This document shows positions 1-9,301 of a stretch of 64,000 bases of DNA, piece after piece. The notes beneath the pieces are model-generated. The model did not search any database. It was not told the DNA's origin and saw only the letters and a list, made by a program, of their open reading frames with translations. The DNA comes from Anolis carolinensis (lineage: Eukaryota): contig NC_085845.1 of the NCBI RefSeq assembly GCF_035594765.1, positions 169,462,897 to 169,526,896 on the forward strand, given 5' to 3'. Each line of letters begins with the position of its first letter. Within the stretch, counting starts at the first letter, position 1. Position numbers and translations under genes: made by a program.

Positions 1-3000
1 TTTGTCAGAGAATATTGTCCCCTCTTTTGCTGTGGTTATGCCTTCGTGTTGAGGCATGCGTGAAAGAGCATCTGCCAAGACATTCTGCTTCCCTTGAAAA
101 AACTTTAATTGGAAATCGAATCTGCTGAAGTATTGCGCCCATCTAATTTGTTTGGGAGATAATTTTCTAGGAGATTTTAAATACTGGAGGTTCTTATGGT
201 CAGACCAAATTTCAAATGGGATTCCGCTTCCTTCGAGGAAGTGTCGCCAGCATTCTAAGGCTTTTAATATGGCTAATGCCTCTTTTTCCCATATTGGCCA
301 ACTTTTTTCAGTTTCGCTGAACTTCCGGGACAAATATCCACAGGGTTTTAAGTTCCCATTTTGATCTTTTTGCAATAGTACTGCCCCGTATGCACAGTCT
401 GAGGCATCGCAATGGATTATGAAAGGGCTCCTGATATCGGGGTGTTTTAGGATGGGTCCTTCTGTGAAGCATTCTTTTAGGGTTTCGAATGCCTTTTGGC
501 ATTCTGGCGTCCAACTTAGTCTGGCGCCAGGAGCTTTTACTTTTGCTGTCTCCCCTTTCCCTTTTGTTTTTAAAAGTTCAGTAAGGGGTGCGGTTATTTG
601 CGCGAAGCCTTTTATGAAGGGTCTGTAAAAATTTGCAAACCCCAGGAATGATTGCAATTGCCTCCTTGTTTGAGGCACTCCCCATTCTTTCACATCTGAT
701 ACTTTAGCTGGATCCATAGCTAGCCCTTCTGGAGATATCCGATACCCCAGAAAGTCAATTTGAGTTTTATTAAATTCACATTTGGACAGTTTTGCGTACA
801 GCTTTGCTTCCCTTAGTCTCTGCAAAACTTCCCGGACCAATTTTACGTGCTTTTCCTTATCTTCACTCACGATCAAGATATCATCAAGGAATATGAATAC
901 CCCTCTGTACAACAATGGGTGTAGTATTTCATTTATAAGCTGCATAAAGCAACCGCCTCCATTTTTTAAACCGAAAGGCAAAATTTTATATTCAAAATGG
1001 CCGAATGCGCAGGAAAATGCAGTTTTCCAAGTATCCTCCGGTTTTATTCTTAATTTATGATACGCTTCAATTAAATCCAGTTTAGTAAATATGCTCCCTT
1101 TCTTCAATACGGTAATTAAATCCTTTACTAAGGGCATAGGGTATTTATTGTCCTTAGTAATTGCGTTTAAATTTCGATAATCAATGCACAATCGTAGGGA
1201 GTTGTCTTTCTTTCTCCTAAATAATACTGGGGCCCCGAGAGGAGAGTTGGATGGCTTAATGAAGCCTCGCGCCAGGTTTTTATCAATATATTTCCTCAAT
1301 TCCTCCTTCTCCTGCACAGACATGGGATACACTTTTGGTTTTGGTAAGTTTGCTCCTGGGGTTATTTCAATTTCTACTTCTATATTCCTTTTGGGAGGCA
1401 ATTTACTGGCCTCTTTCTGATTGAAAACATCCACAAAGTCTCTGTATTCAGGTGGCAATAGCTGTGGGTTTATCTCACCTGCTTCATCTTCCTCGTCCTC
1501 CTCTTCTGCAATTTTGCTTATCTCCCATTGCGTCTGCTGTTCTTTGAATGCTAGGCTCTTTCCTCTCCAATCTACTTCAGGATTTGCCTGTTCGAGCCAT
1601 GGTATCCCTAATATTACGTGGTATGTGGCAATAGGGGCTATTACAAAGGATATTCTTCCTTCCCATTTGCCTATTTTACATGGGACCCCCCGTATTTCCT
1701 TTGTAGATACTTCCCCAGCAGCGACTGATCCATCTAGCTGCGAAAATGCAATTGGGGAGTCAAGCGCCATCTGCTGGCATTTCAGCGCTCCTGCTAATTC
1801 CGGAGTTATAATATTTCTAGAACAACCACAATCCACAAATGCCTTGCAGGTGGCCCGATTCTCTAGCCCCGAGAGGCAGATTGGCACTACTATCATGCGT
1901 TTGTCCCGACTCACCAATTTTTCTGAAGATTCTGGGGCCTGCACCTCCTCTTCCGCGCGCCTCCCGGTTGCTGGCTTGGGCTTTGGGGGTTTTGGCGGCT
2001 CCCCCTTCCGGGCCCAGCATTCTGCTGCTCGATGGCCCGTCTTCCCACATACAAAGCATCCCGGTTTAGGTTTGTTGTCGTCTCCTCTGGAGGGAATCCC
2101 CGGCCTCCCTCCGGGTCTTTCCTGCTTCCTCGTTTCTCCTCGACCTCTCGCCACCGGTCTTTGCTGGCCGCTGCTGCTCCTGAAGCGCTTTACTTGGGCC
2201 AGGGTGGATTCGACGCGCCCCGCTAGTTGAATCCATCCCTGGAGCGTTTCGGGGTCATCTCTGTGCGCTGCCCAGCTGAAAATCTCGGGGCGTAGTCCCT
2301 CTTTAAATAACTCCACTTTGGTCACTTCAGACCACTCTGGTACCCTTTCCGCGAGGTGGAGGAATTCCTCTGCGTACTCGGGCACTGTTTTGTCCCTCTG
2401 CTTTATTCCTTTCAGCTGGTCTCGAGCCCTCAATTGCTCTAGCCGGTCTCTGAACCGGTTTTCCAGTGCGGCGAGGAAGCGGGGCACTGACCTCAGGCAT
2501 GGGTCGTGTCTGGCATGGAGTTGCACGTACCAGCTGGCTGCTCCTCGCTTTAGTGTGTTGCCGATGGCTCGAACCCTGCTTGCTTCGGAGGGGAATGTGT
2601 GTGCATTGTCTTCCATGTATCCTCTGATGCTAATTAGAAAAAAGTTCAGTTCATCTGATTCCCCTCCGTATTCCAGTTTGAGATCTTCCCTTCTTGGCAT
2701 CCATTCTGCGGCCCGTTGATGCTGTCTGGGAGGCATGGGGAAGGGTTGCATCAGGTTTCCTCGGGCGGCTCCTTGGAACACGCCGCGCCCCACTCCGGTG
2801 GTCATTCTGCGCGGCTCCCGAAAGTCTGCCGCCGCTGTCGGCCCTTCCGCCCATCCGCATACTGGCCTCGCTGTAGCCCCCTCATCTCGCCTTTCCTCGT
2901 CGTACGGCACTTCCTCCTCCTCTTCCTGGATCCCCCGCTCCTCTCCGCCTTCGTCTGCAAATCCACTGGACCCGATCCCTGGCCCCAGTGGCCTTTCCAC

Positions 3001-3543
3001 CCCGACGCCCATTCGGGGGGTTGGGAGCTCTGTTGGAGATGGCGGCCTCAGAGTTCCCAGAGCTCGCTGGCGCTCCACTTCGCGCGCCATTCTGTCTCGG
3101 AACTCCAGCTCCTGCCAGTATTCCTCATCTCCCTCGTCCCTTGCCGCCACGGGACTCTGCGTTGACGCTCGCTGGCCCCTCTGGCTCCAATCTCCTTCTT
3201 TACTTGGCTCTCTCTCGGCGCCATATCGGATGGGCTCCTTTTGGAGATTCTCTTCCAATAGTGGCACCAACCTCCCCACGGTTTCCGACAGCCTGGATAA
3301 ATTTGTTTCCAGGATGGATAACCGCAGGGCCACGGTCTCCGGCATACTTCCTCCAGATCCCCAACTGGTTTCTGCAGCCGCAGAGACGCCTCTTCCTCCC
3401 CTGGGAATCCTCTGGGTCACGCCGTTCGGCCTGGGGTACCCCGTAGAGGAAGCTATGGCTTGCAGCGTCTCTTCTCTCTTCGGCCGGGCCCCTTGCAAAG
3501 GCCTCCCTGCCCCATTTGGGCTTTGATCTCCTTCTTCACTCAT
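1..3543 (-). CDS. Ty3/gypsy (Tf1/sushi-like) gag-pol polyprotein, single ORF, 3' part (integrase) outside window
   Basis: ATG at 3543 (MSEEGDQSPNG...). One frame carries a PEG10/sushi-like capsid region (..FLISIRGYMEDNAHTFPSEASRVRAIGNTL..KVELFKEGLRPEI), CCHC knuckle CFVCGKTGHRAAEC (from 2058), protease FVDCGCSRNI (~1839), RT VFIFLDDILI (from 900) and RNase H HCDASDCAYGAVL..WEKEALAI..DHKNL..NVLADALSR. Absent from the ORF track, consistent with no stop before position 1. Confidence 0.93.
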   Translation of the reverse strand, partial: MSEEGDQSPNGAGRPLQGARPKREETLQAIASSTGYPRPNGVTQRIPRGGRGVSAAAETSWGSGGSMPETVALRLSILETNLSRLSETVGRLVPLLEENLQKEPIRYGAEREPSKEGDWSQRGQRASTQSPVAARDEGDEEYWQELEFRDRMAREVERQRALGTLRPPSPTELPTPRMGVGVERPLGPGIGSSGFADEGGEERGIQEEEEEVPYDEERRDEGATARPVCGWAEGPTAAADFREPRRMTTGVGRGVFQGAARGNLMQPFPMPPRQHQRAAEWMPRREDLKLEYGGESDELNFFLISIRGYMEDNAHTFPSEASRVRAIGNTLKRGAASWYVQLHARHDPCLRSVPRFLAALENRFRDRLEQLRARDQLKGIKQRDKTVPEYAEEFLHLAERVPEWSEVTKVELFKEGLRPEIFSWAAHRDDPETLQGWIQLAGRVESTLAQVKRFRSSSGQQRPVARGRGETRKQERPGGRPGIPSRGDDNKPKPGCFVCGKTGHRAAECWARKGEPPKPPKPKPATGRRAEEEVQAPESSEKLVSRDKRMIVVPICLSGLENRATCKAFVDCGCSRNIITPELAGALKCQQMALDSPIAFSQLDGSVAAGEVSTKEIRGVPCKIGKWEGRISFVIAPIATYHVILGIPWLEQANPEVDWRGKSLAFKEQQTQWEISKIAEEEDEEDEAGEINPQLLPPEYRDFVDVFNQKEASKLPPKRNIEVEIEITPGANLPKPKVYPMSVQEKEELRKYIDKNLARGFIKPSNSPLGAPVLFRRKKDNSLRLCIDYRNLNAITKDNKYPMPLVKDLITVLKKGSIFTKLDLIEAYHKLRIKPEDTWKTAFSCAFGHFEYKILPFGLKNGGGCFMQLINEILHPLLYRGVFIFLDDILIVSEDKEKHVKLVREVLQRLREAKLYAKLSKCEFNKTQIDFLGYRISPEGLAMDPAKVSDVKEWGVPQTRRQLQSFLGFANFYRPFIKGFAQITAPLTELLKTKGKGETAKVKAPGARLSWTPECQKAFETLKECFTEGPILKHPDIRSPFIIHCDASDCAYGAVLLQKDQNGNLKPCGYLSRKFSETEKSWPIWEKEALAILKALECWRHFLEGSGIPFEIWSDHKNLQYLKSPRKLSPKQIRWAQYFSRFDFQLKFFQGKQNVLADALSRMPQHEGITTAKEGTIFSDK

Positions 3544-3583
3544 TATCACTTCACTGCGAATTCCGCAGGAGGGTGAGAACTGG

Positions 3584-3594
3584 ATTCTCGACTT
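3584..3594 (-). promoter_or_regulatory. Primer-binding site complementary to LTR positions 3700-3690 (self-priming type)
   Basis: Minus-strand AAGTCGAGAAT, 3 nt inside the LTR boundary, is the exact reverse complement of minus-strand ATTCTCGACTT at 3700-3690. Confidence 0.8.
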
Positions 3595-3597
3595 AAA

Positions 3598-3959
3598 TGT
3601 CAGGCTCACTTCAAAGGACCAGTCTGAACGCAGATCAAAGATAGCTGCTCTCAAATCCAATCTTTATTGAAGAATACATGACTTTGGAAAAGTCGAGAAT
3701 GACCTAATGTTTACATACATCTAATTTTATCACTTCTGATGCAACGTAATACCACACGCAAATATCGTCATCAAATCCCACCCCCTGGATCACATTACTA
3801 CCATTCCCACACACTACATCAATTATAATTGTTTATACTTTCAACCCTGAGTTCCCAGGCCCATTTTATCTTCTCCCGCCAGGTGCTTGCAGGATTGTTT
3901 ATGTTATGAAGTCAGATTCAGGGCTTGGAAATTCAGCCCTGGGATCTGGCTCCATGACA
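3598..3959 (-). repeat. 5' LTR (362 bp)
   Basis: Termini TGTCATGG (3959) ... GCCTGACA (3598) on minus; TATA-like GATAAAA ~3731-3725; AATAAA 3668-3663. The second LTR is outside the window. Confidence 0.8.
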
Positions 3960-4056
3960 AATATTGTTATGCTAAGACCAATTTTAGCTACGGACTTGTC
4001 AATCACTTTGCTGAACCATATATAGTTGATTCCATCACAGCACAAGGAAGACTTGC

Positions 4057-6154
4057 CTTCACAGTTCTTTCCACGGCCTATTATGCACATCAAGGGTATT
4101 GACAATCGCTCAGTGAAGTTCTCAGCTTTTTGTCCCAGTGCCTCCCTTATTGTCTGGAACCCACTCACTATTACAACAGGTTTCCATTCAGCCTGAAGTG
4201 ATAAGACTGGTCCGTATCTTTCCACCAGCTGTGGCAAAAAAAAGAAAGAAAGAAAGAAAGAAAAACGGGAGAGGGGAGGAAATCAATTTAAAATACAGAA
4301 GAAAAACACAGAGAAGCCCAAACTATGTAACCAGTATATATTGTAAAAGCCAAAAGATTGAATGTATTTCATGCTTATAATCCTTTTTCAAAGATAGTTT
4401 CAATATAAATTTAAAGAAAAGAAAGAGAAAAGACAGAGATTTCCAAGAATGCCGTCTGCCTTTTCTAAAGCTAGCTTCCCCTATTGAATCACATATTTTC
4501 CTATCCATACCAGTGAAGTCGTCGCTATTTATCTTTCCCTCTCATTAACTGGTACTCTACAAAAAGAAGAAACAAAAGGGAAAGCAGTAGAGAAAGACAG
4601 GTGAACTCATTCTGGATGACAACAATATCCAGAAACTCTGCAATGATATTAAGAACCTATAAATGATAGAATAATTAAAGCCTCGTTGGGTAACACCCCC
4701 TCTTTCTGAGTCCAGTTAGTTTAGATAGTCATATTTATTTGTCCTAAATCCATCCCAGCAATTAAAGGCAACCCAACAACATTTGGAAAGCTGCATGGTT
4801 CCCATTTCTAATTCAGCTTATGTTGGGATTTTTATATCACCCGAATAGCTGAATATTACACCACATTCTAAATATGCCACCTGGTGTCCATTTTGGCCCA
4901 GATCTCAAGCTTTCAATAAAAAAAGGAGTATGTCTCTAACTCTCAAAGATATGGAAGAAATGTGGCCACTCTGCAATCAATTTTGTGGATTAGGGGCAGA
5001 TTCTCAAACTGTTAATTCTTTTTCTGGGAAAGATGAAAAGTCATTTAATTCAGGCTTGGGCAGTATGCACATCCATGATATAATTTACTCTTACCACAAT
5101 CTTGTTCAAACCCAAGATGGTCCTCTGGTTTCAAAACAAAAGCACTTCTTTTAAAATGCCCGAAGGCTTTGTTATTATTTTTTGAAAAATCACTTCAGTG
5201 TTTCTTAGAAATGCTGCATTTTGAAATGTGTTCCCTGGTTTTGGATAGAGATGGAATTAGGAGTTGGAGAATCTTGCTGCCCAGTAAATGGGCACTGGAA
5301 ATATTGGGCCAGGAATCACTCTGTAGCTACGTAACTATGGGGATTAGACACTTATAATTTCCAATGTGTTTTTTGTGGACTAATTCTACACATATGTGTG
5401 TTGGGAGTATAGTATGGATATCTGAACTGTTTATTCACACTCACATGTCCTATTAGGTTACATGTACATAAGAAAGAATACAATTTATCTTACAGTGTAA
5501 ACCAGTGGGAGAAGCAAAAGATAGAAAGGTCCTCAGAAAGCATTCATGTCAAGGAGCAATATAGATACAGTGTTAAGGTGAAGGTGGAACACATCTGCCC
5601 TATTGGATTGGCACTCCAATATATATCTCAAGGAATATATTTAAAGTTTTCAAGGGGATTGCTGTGTTAAGTATTTTGCAAGAAAAACAAGAAGCCCCAT
5701 ATCTATTTTATTATTATTATTGAGACTGGGTGACCATCTGTCAAGGGTGTTTTGGTTGTGCTTTGGCTGCATAAAGACAGAAGGGGGCTGGACTAGATGG
5801 CCCAAGGGGTCTCTTCCAACTCATTATTATTATTTTTAGAGTCTTACTTATCCAACATAAATGGGCCAGCAGAACATTGGATAAACAAAAATGTTGGATA
5901 ATAAGGAGGGATTAAGGAAAAGCCTATTAAATGTCAAATTACATTATGACTTTACAAATTAAGCACCAAAACATCATGTTTTACAACAAGTCTACCACTT
6001 GTTTAGGATCATGGCTGCACTTGTGTTATTGTTGGCCATGTTGGCCCGCTGCGTGTTGCTGTCTAGAGAAACAGCTGAGGATCCGGGTGGGAGGCAGACT
6101 GCGTTGGATAATACAGAACGTTGGATGAGCAAAGGTTGGATAAGCAAGACTCTA

Positions 6155-6206
<52 letters not shown>

Positions 6207-7337
6207 GAGGCTGGTGGCAATCTGTCAGAGGCATTGGCTGCATAAAGGCAGAAGGGGTTGGACTAGATGACCCATGTGGTCTCTTCCAACTTTATTATTA
6301 TAGTTATTCTTGTTATTGTTGTTTTTGCTGAGATTGGATGGCCATCTGTTGGGGATGCTTTTATTGTGCTTTCCCCGCATGAAGGCAGAATGAAGGGGGT
6401 TGGACCAGATGGCCTTTAGAGGTCCCTTCCAACTCAAGAATTCTATGAAAGGAGTCTTAGTCGACCATGAACCGAACATGAGCCAACAATGTGATGCTGC
6501 AGCTGAAACGGCCAGTACTGTTCTAGGCTGCATCAACAGGAAAAGCCTGAGAGAAGACAAAAGGGGACTGATATGAAACTTTACCTCAGCTGTTTTTTTA
6601 ATTGCTTTTAATGAATTTTAATGCACCTATTTATTTTAACTTACCTGTATTATGCAATATTTAGTATTGTCTTTTGCTTAACATTTTAATGGTTTTTTGT
6701 TTATATAGTCATTGAATGTTTGCCTGTTACTATTTTGGAAGCTGCCCTGAGTCCCCATGGGGAGATAGGGCGGGGTACAAATAAATTGTTATTATTATTA
6801 TGAATTACTAAAGAGTATACTTTTCCTGTAACATCCTCATCACATTGCTGTGGTTGGTCTAGTCTTTTCTATATAATCTTCAAAGGTATGAACATTCCTA
6901 GATCCTGGATCAGGTTAAGACTGTCATATTCCATAAAATGCAATGCCCTCAGTGCTGGTTCCAAATAACACAGGTTATGCTTCATTTATGAGGTTGAAAT
7001 AGTAGAAGTACAATTATTATTTTATTTTATAGAAATGTTACCTGAGCTATTTTAGACATAGTAATTTCTTGCTTGGAAAACTGGGTACGCCAATACTTAC
7101 ACGTAGAATGCTGTTGTGTGGATTTTTTCTTTCAATCTCTAGCAAGTTCCCAATGAAAGGCAGAGGGGTAGGTCCTGGAGGATAGCGACGACATCTCTTC
7201 CTCCTCTTCATAGAATCCAACAGCAGGGCAAGAGCAAGCAGACTGACAGAAATGAACAACATTGTGAGGTTGTTCCAACAAACCTGGCTCCACAGCCAAG
7301 AGAAAGACGTTGGGATCGTGACCACCGAAGTCCACAT
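4057..7337 (-). CDS. CYP2D: Cytochrome P450 2D-family gene A, partial: exon 1 (7337-7101), exon 2 (4228-4057); remaining exons left of window
   Basis: Exon 1: MWTSVV...[34 protein letters not shown] (anchor, basic stretch, PPGP hinge), GTAAGT donor. Exon 2: LVERYGPVLSLQAEWKPVVIVSGFQTIREAL, 172 nt as recalled for CYP2D6 exon 2, GC donor. Confidence 0.88.
5837..6155. mobile_element. Tc1/mariner(pogo)-type MITE, decayed
   Basis: TIRs TAGAGTCTTACTTATCCAAC / GTTGGATAAGCAAGACTCTA; same family as 29832-30154. Confidence 0.75.
6156..6205. repeat. (ATT)n microsatellite
   Basis: Direct inspection. Confidence 0.95.
6330..6545 (+). mobile_element. CR1 LINE fragments (3' end ..CCCTTCCAACTC..ATTCTATG plus ORF2 piece)
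   Basis: Similar to the CR1 3' ends at 20033 and 47691; related tail copies at ~5724-5822 and ~6206-6291. Confidence 0.65.
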
Positions 7338-7446
7338 CTTTCCTTATCAATCCTTATGGGGCAGATTGCACTTGTCCCACCCTTTACTACGCTTTCATAC
7401 TCTTCCCTTATCTCTTATGCTCAAAGTTCTTGGTGCAGTGGCCCTC

Positions 7447-7454
7447 TATTTATA
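7447..7454 (-). promoter_or_regulatory. TATA box of CYP2D gene A
   Basis: TATAAATA on minus strand, 110 bp upstream of the ATG. Confidence 0.55.
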
Positions 7455-8097
7455 GGATGGCTCAACAGAGGTGCTTTAACAATGCAACTAATGAATGATT
7501 ATATGAGGACAACACGCAATTATGAGATTTCAACACAATCTGGGTAAGCTAACTTTGCCAGTGCATAAGTCTCATTTACTGCTTATCCATCAGTATGCCT
7601 CAGATGAGGAAGTTAGTAGAAGGAGTACAGTTTAAACTGCTAGTATATTTTTGGAGGAGGGTGGGTGGAATAAAAATATTATATCCCTTTAAACAGTTGT
7701 GGAATATTCTCATGATGTTTTGCTTATCAGAGTACATCTAAGGCTTTCCTCTTAGCCCTGTTTCCTTAGAGGGGTCACCTGTCATAATGGTTCAATCAAG
7801 CAGCAGCATAATAGTTAATCATATCTAACCCACCTCCAACCTATTCCTGCAAAGATGGGGTATGGATGTGTATGTGAGCAAAAGTATTTCCAGCATTATT
7901 ACCTTTTGACAGGAGAACGTAGAGAGATTATTTTCTCCAAGACTTAAAATTTTAATCTCTGCCCTCCAGGCTTCTATAGAAATTGTGGCTAATTGATAGC
8001 CTATGATTGGTTCAATTAATAACATGAAGGGTTTAGGGTTCAGGAAATTTTACATCACGGAAACTTCCAGCTTGTGGATATTAGTCTAACATAATTA

Positions 8098-8343
8098 GCC
8101 TGGTGGCATAGTGGCAGGACTGATGACTTGAAGGCTGTGTTGCTGACCTGAAGGTTGCCAGTTCAAATTCAACCTGGGGAGAGCGAGGATGAGCTCCCTC
8201 TATCAGCTCCAGTTCCATGTAGGGACATGAGAGAAGACTCCCACAAGGATGGTAAAACATTAAAAGACAAGCTTGCAGATGGCCAATTCTCTCACACCAG
8301 AAGTGACCTGCAGTTTCTCAAGTCGCTCCTGACACACAAAAAA
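8098..8343 (+). mobile_element. tRNA-derived SINE (Anolis SINE2-like, Vingi-type tail)
   Basis: B-box-like GTTCAAATTC; 3' end CTCAAGTCGCTCCTGACAC + A tail; paralog at 18824-19055. Confidence 0.7.
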
Positions 8344-8517
8344 GCCAGTGAACAATTTAATAAGCAGGTAAATAACATATTATTTCCAGGGTGTATCCTA
8401 GGAGTCATTGTTTAAGGAAAATAGCCATTAAAAGATTAAGGGAAGTATTCAATGCCAACACTAATTGATTCTGTATCAGTCAAACTAGTTAGGACTCATG
8501 GTCACAAGATTCTAGAC

Positions 8518-9301
8518 CAGCTTTTCTCAACCTGAGGGGTCACAAGGGGGTGTCAGAGGGGTCACCAAAGACCATCAGAAAGCACACATTAATTCACAGG
8601 GCTGTCCGTAGGTAGGTGAACTACAACTCCCCTAAATTACACTACTGTCAATTTCTCCCAAATCCCTCCAGTATATTGGTCATGGGGGTTCTGTGTGGGA
8701 AGATTGGCCCAATTTTATCATTAGTGGAGTTCAATGAGCTCTTTAAATGTAGGTGAACTATAAATCCTAGCAACTACAACTTCCAAATGTCAAGGTCTAT
8801 TTTCTCCAAACCCCACCAGTGTTCAAATTTGGGCATATTGAGTATTCGAGCCAAATTTGGTCCAGATACATCATTGTTTGAGTCCATAGTGCTCTCGGGA
8901 TATAGGTGAACTACAACTTCAAAATCAAAGTTCAGTGCCCACCAAACTCTTCCAGTATTTTCTATTGATCATGGGATTTCTGTGTGCCAAGTTTGGCTCA
9001 ATTCTATCGTTGGTAGAGTTCCGAATGCTCTTTGATTGTAGGTGAAGTATAAATCTCAGCAACTACAACTCCCAAATGACAAAATCAATCCCCCCACCCC
9101 ACCAGTATTCAAATTTGTCATATCGGGTATTTGTTCCAAATTTGATTCAGTGAATGAAAATACATCCTGCATATCAGATATTTACATTATGATTCATAAT
9201 AGTAGCAAAATTACAGTTATGAAGTAGCAACGAAAGTAATTGTATGGTTGGGGGTCACCACAGCATGAGGAACTATATTAAAGGAAGGTTGAGAACCACT
9301 G
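8518..9301 (+). mobile_element. Non-autonomous SPIN (hAT) element with internal ~140-bp tandem repeats
   Basis: TIRs CAGCTTTTCTCAACCT / AGGTTGAGAACCACTG; perfect 8-bp TSD TTCTAGAC (8510-8517, 9302-9309); 3' ~130 bp matches the SPIN/URR1 terminus as recalled. Confidence 0.85.

Larger units (their letters stand above)
1..3959 (-). mobile_element. LTR retrotransposon (Ty3/gypsy, Tf1/sushi group), 5' portion, inserted in intron 2 of the left CYP2D gene
   Basis: gag-pol ORF plus adjacent TG..CA-bounded LTR; internal region GC/CpG-richer than flanks. Confidence 0.92.

Noticed and set aside
1421-3526. Long plus-strand ORFs (1421-2230, 2318-2719, 2735-3526)
   Set aside because: Antisense shadows of the gag-pol frame; Ser/Pro-rich with no recognisable domains.
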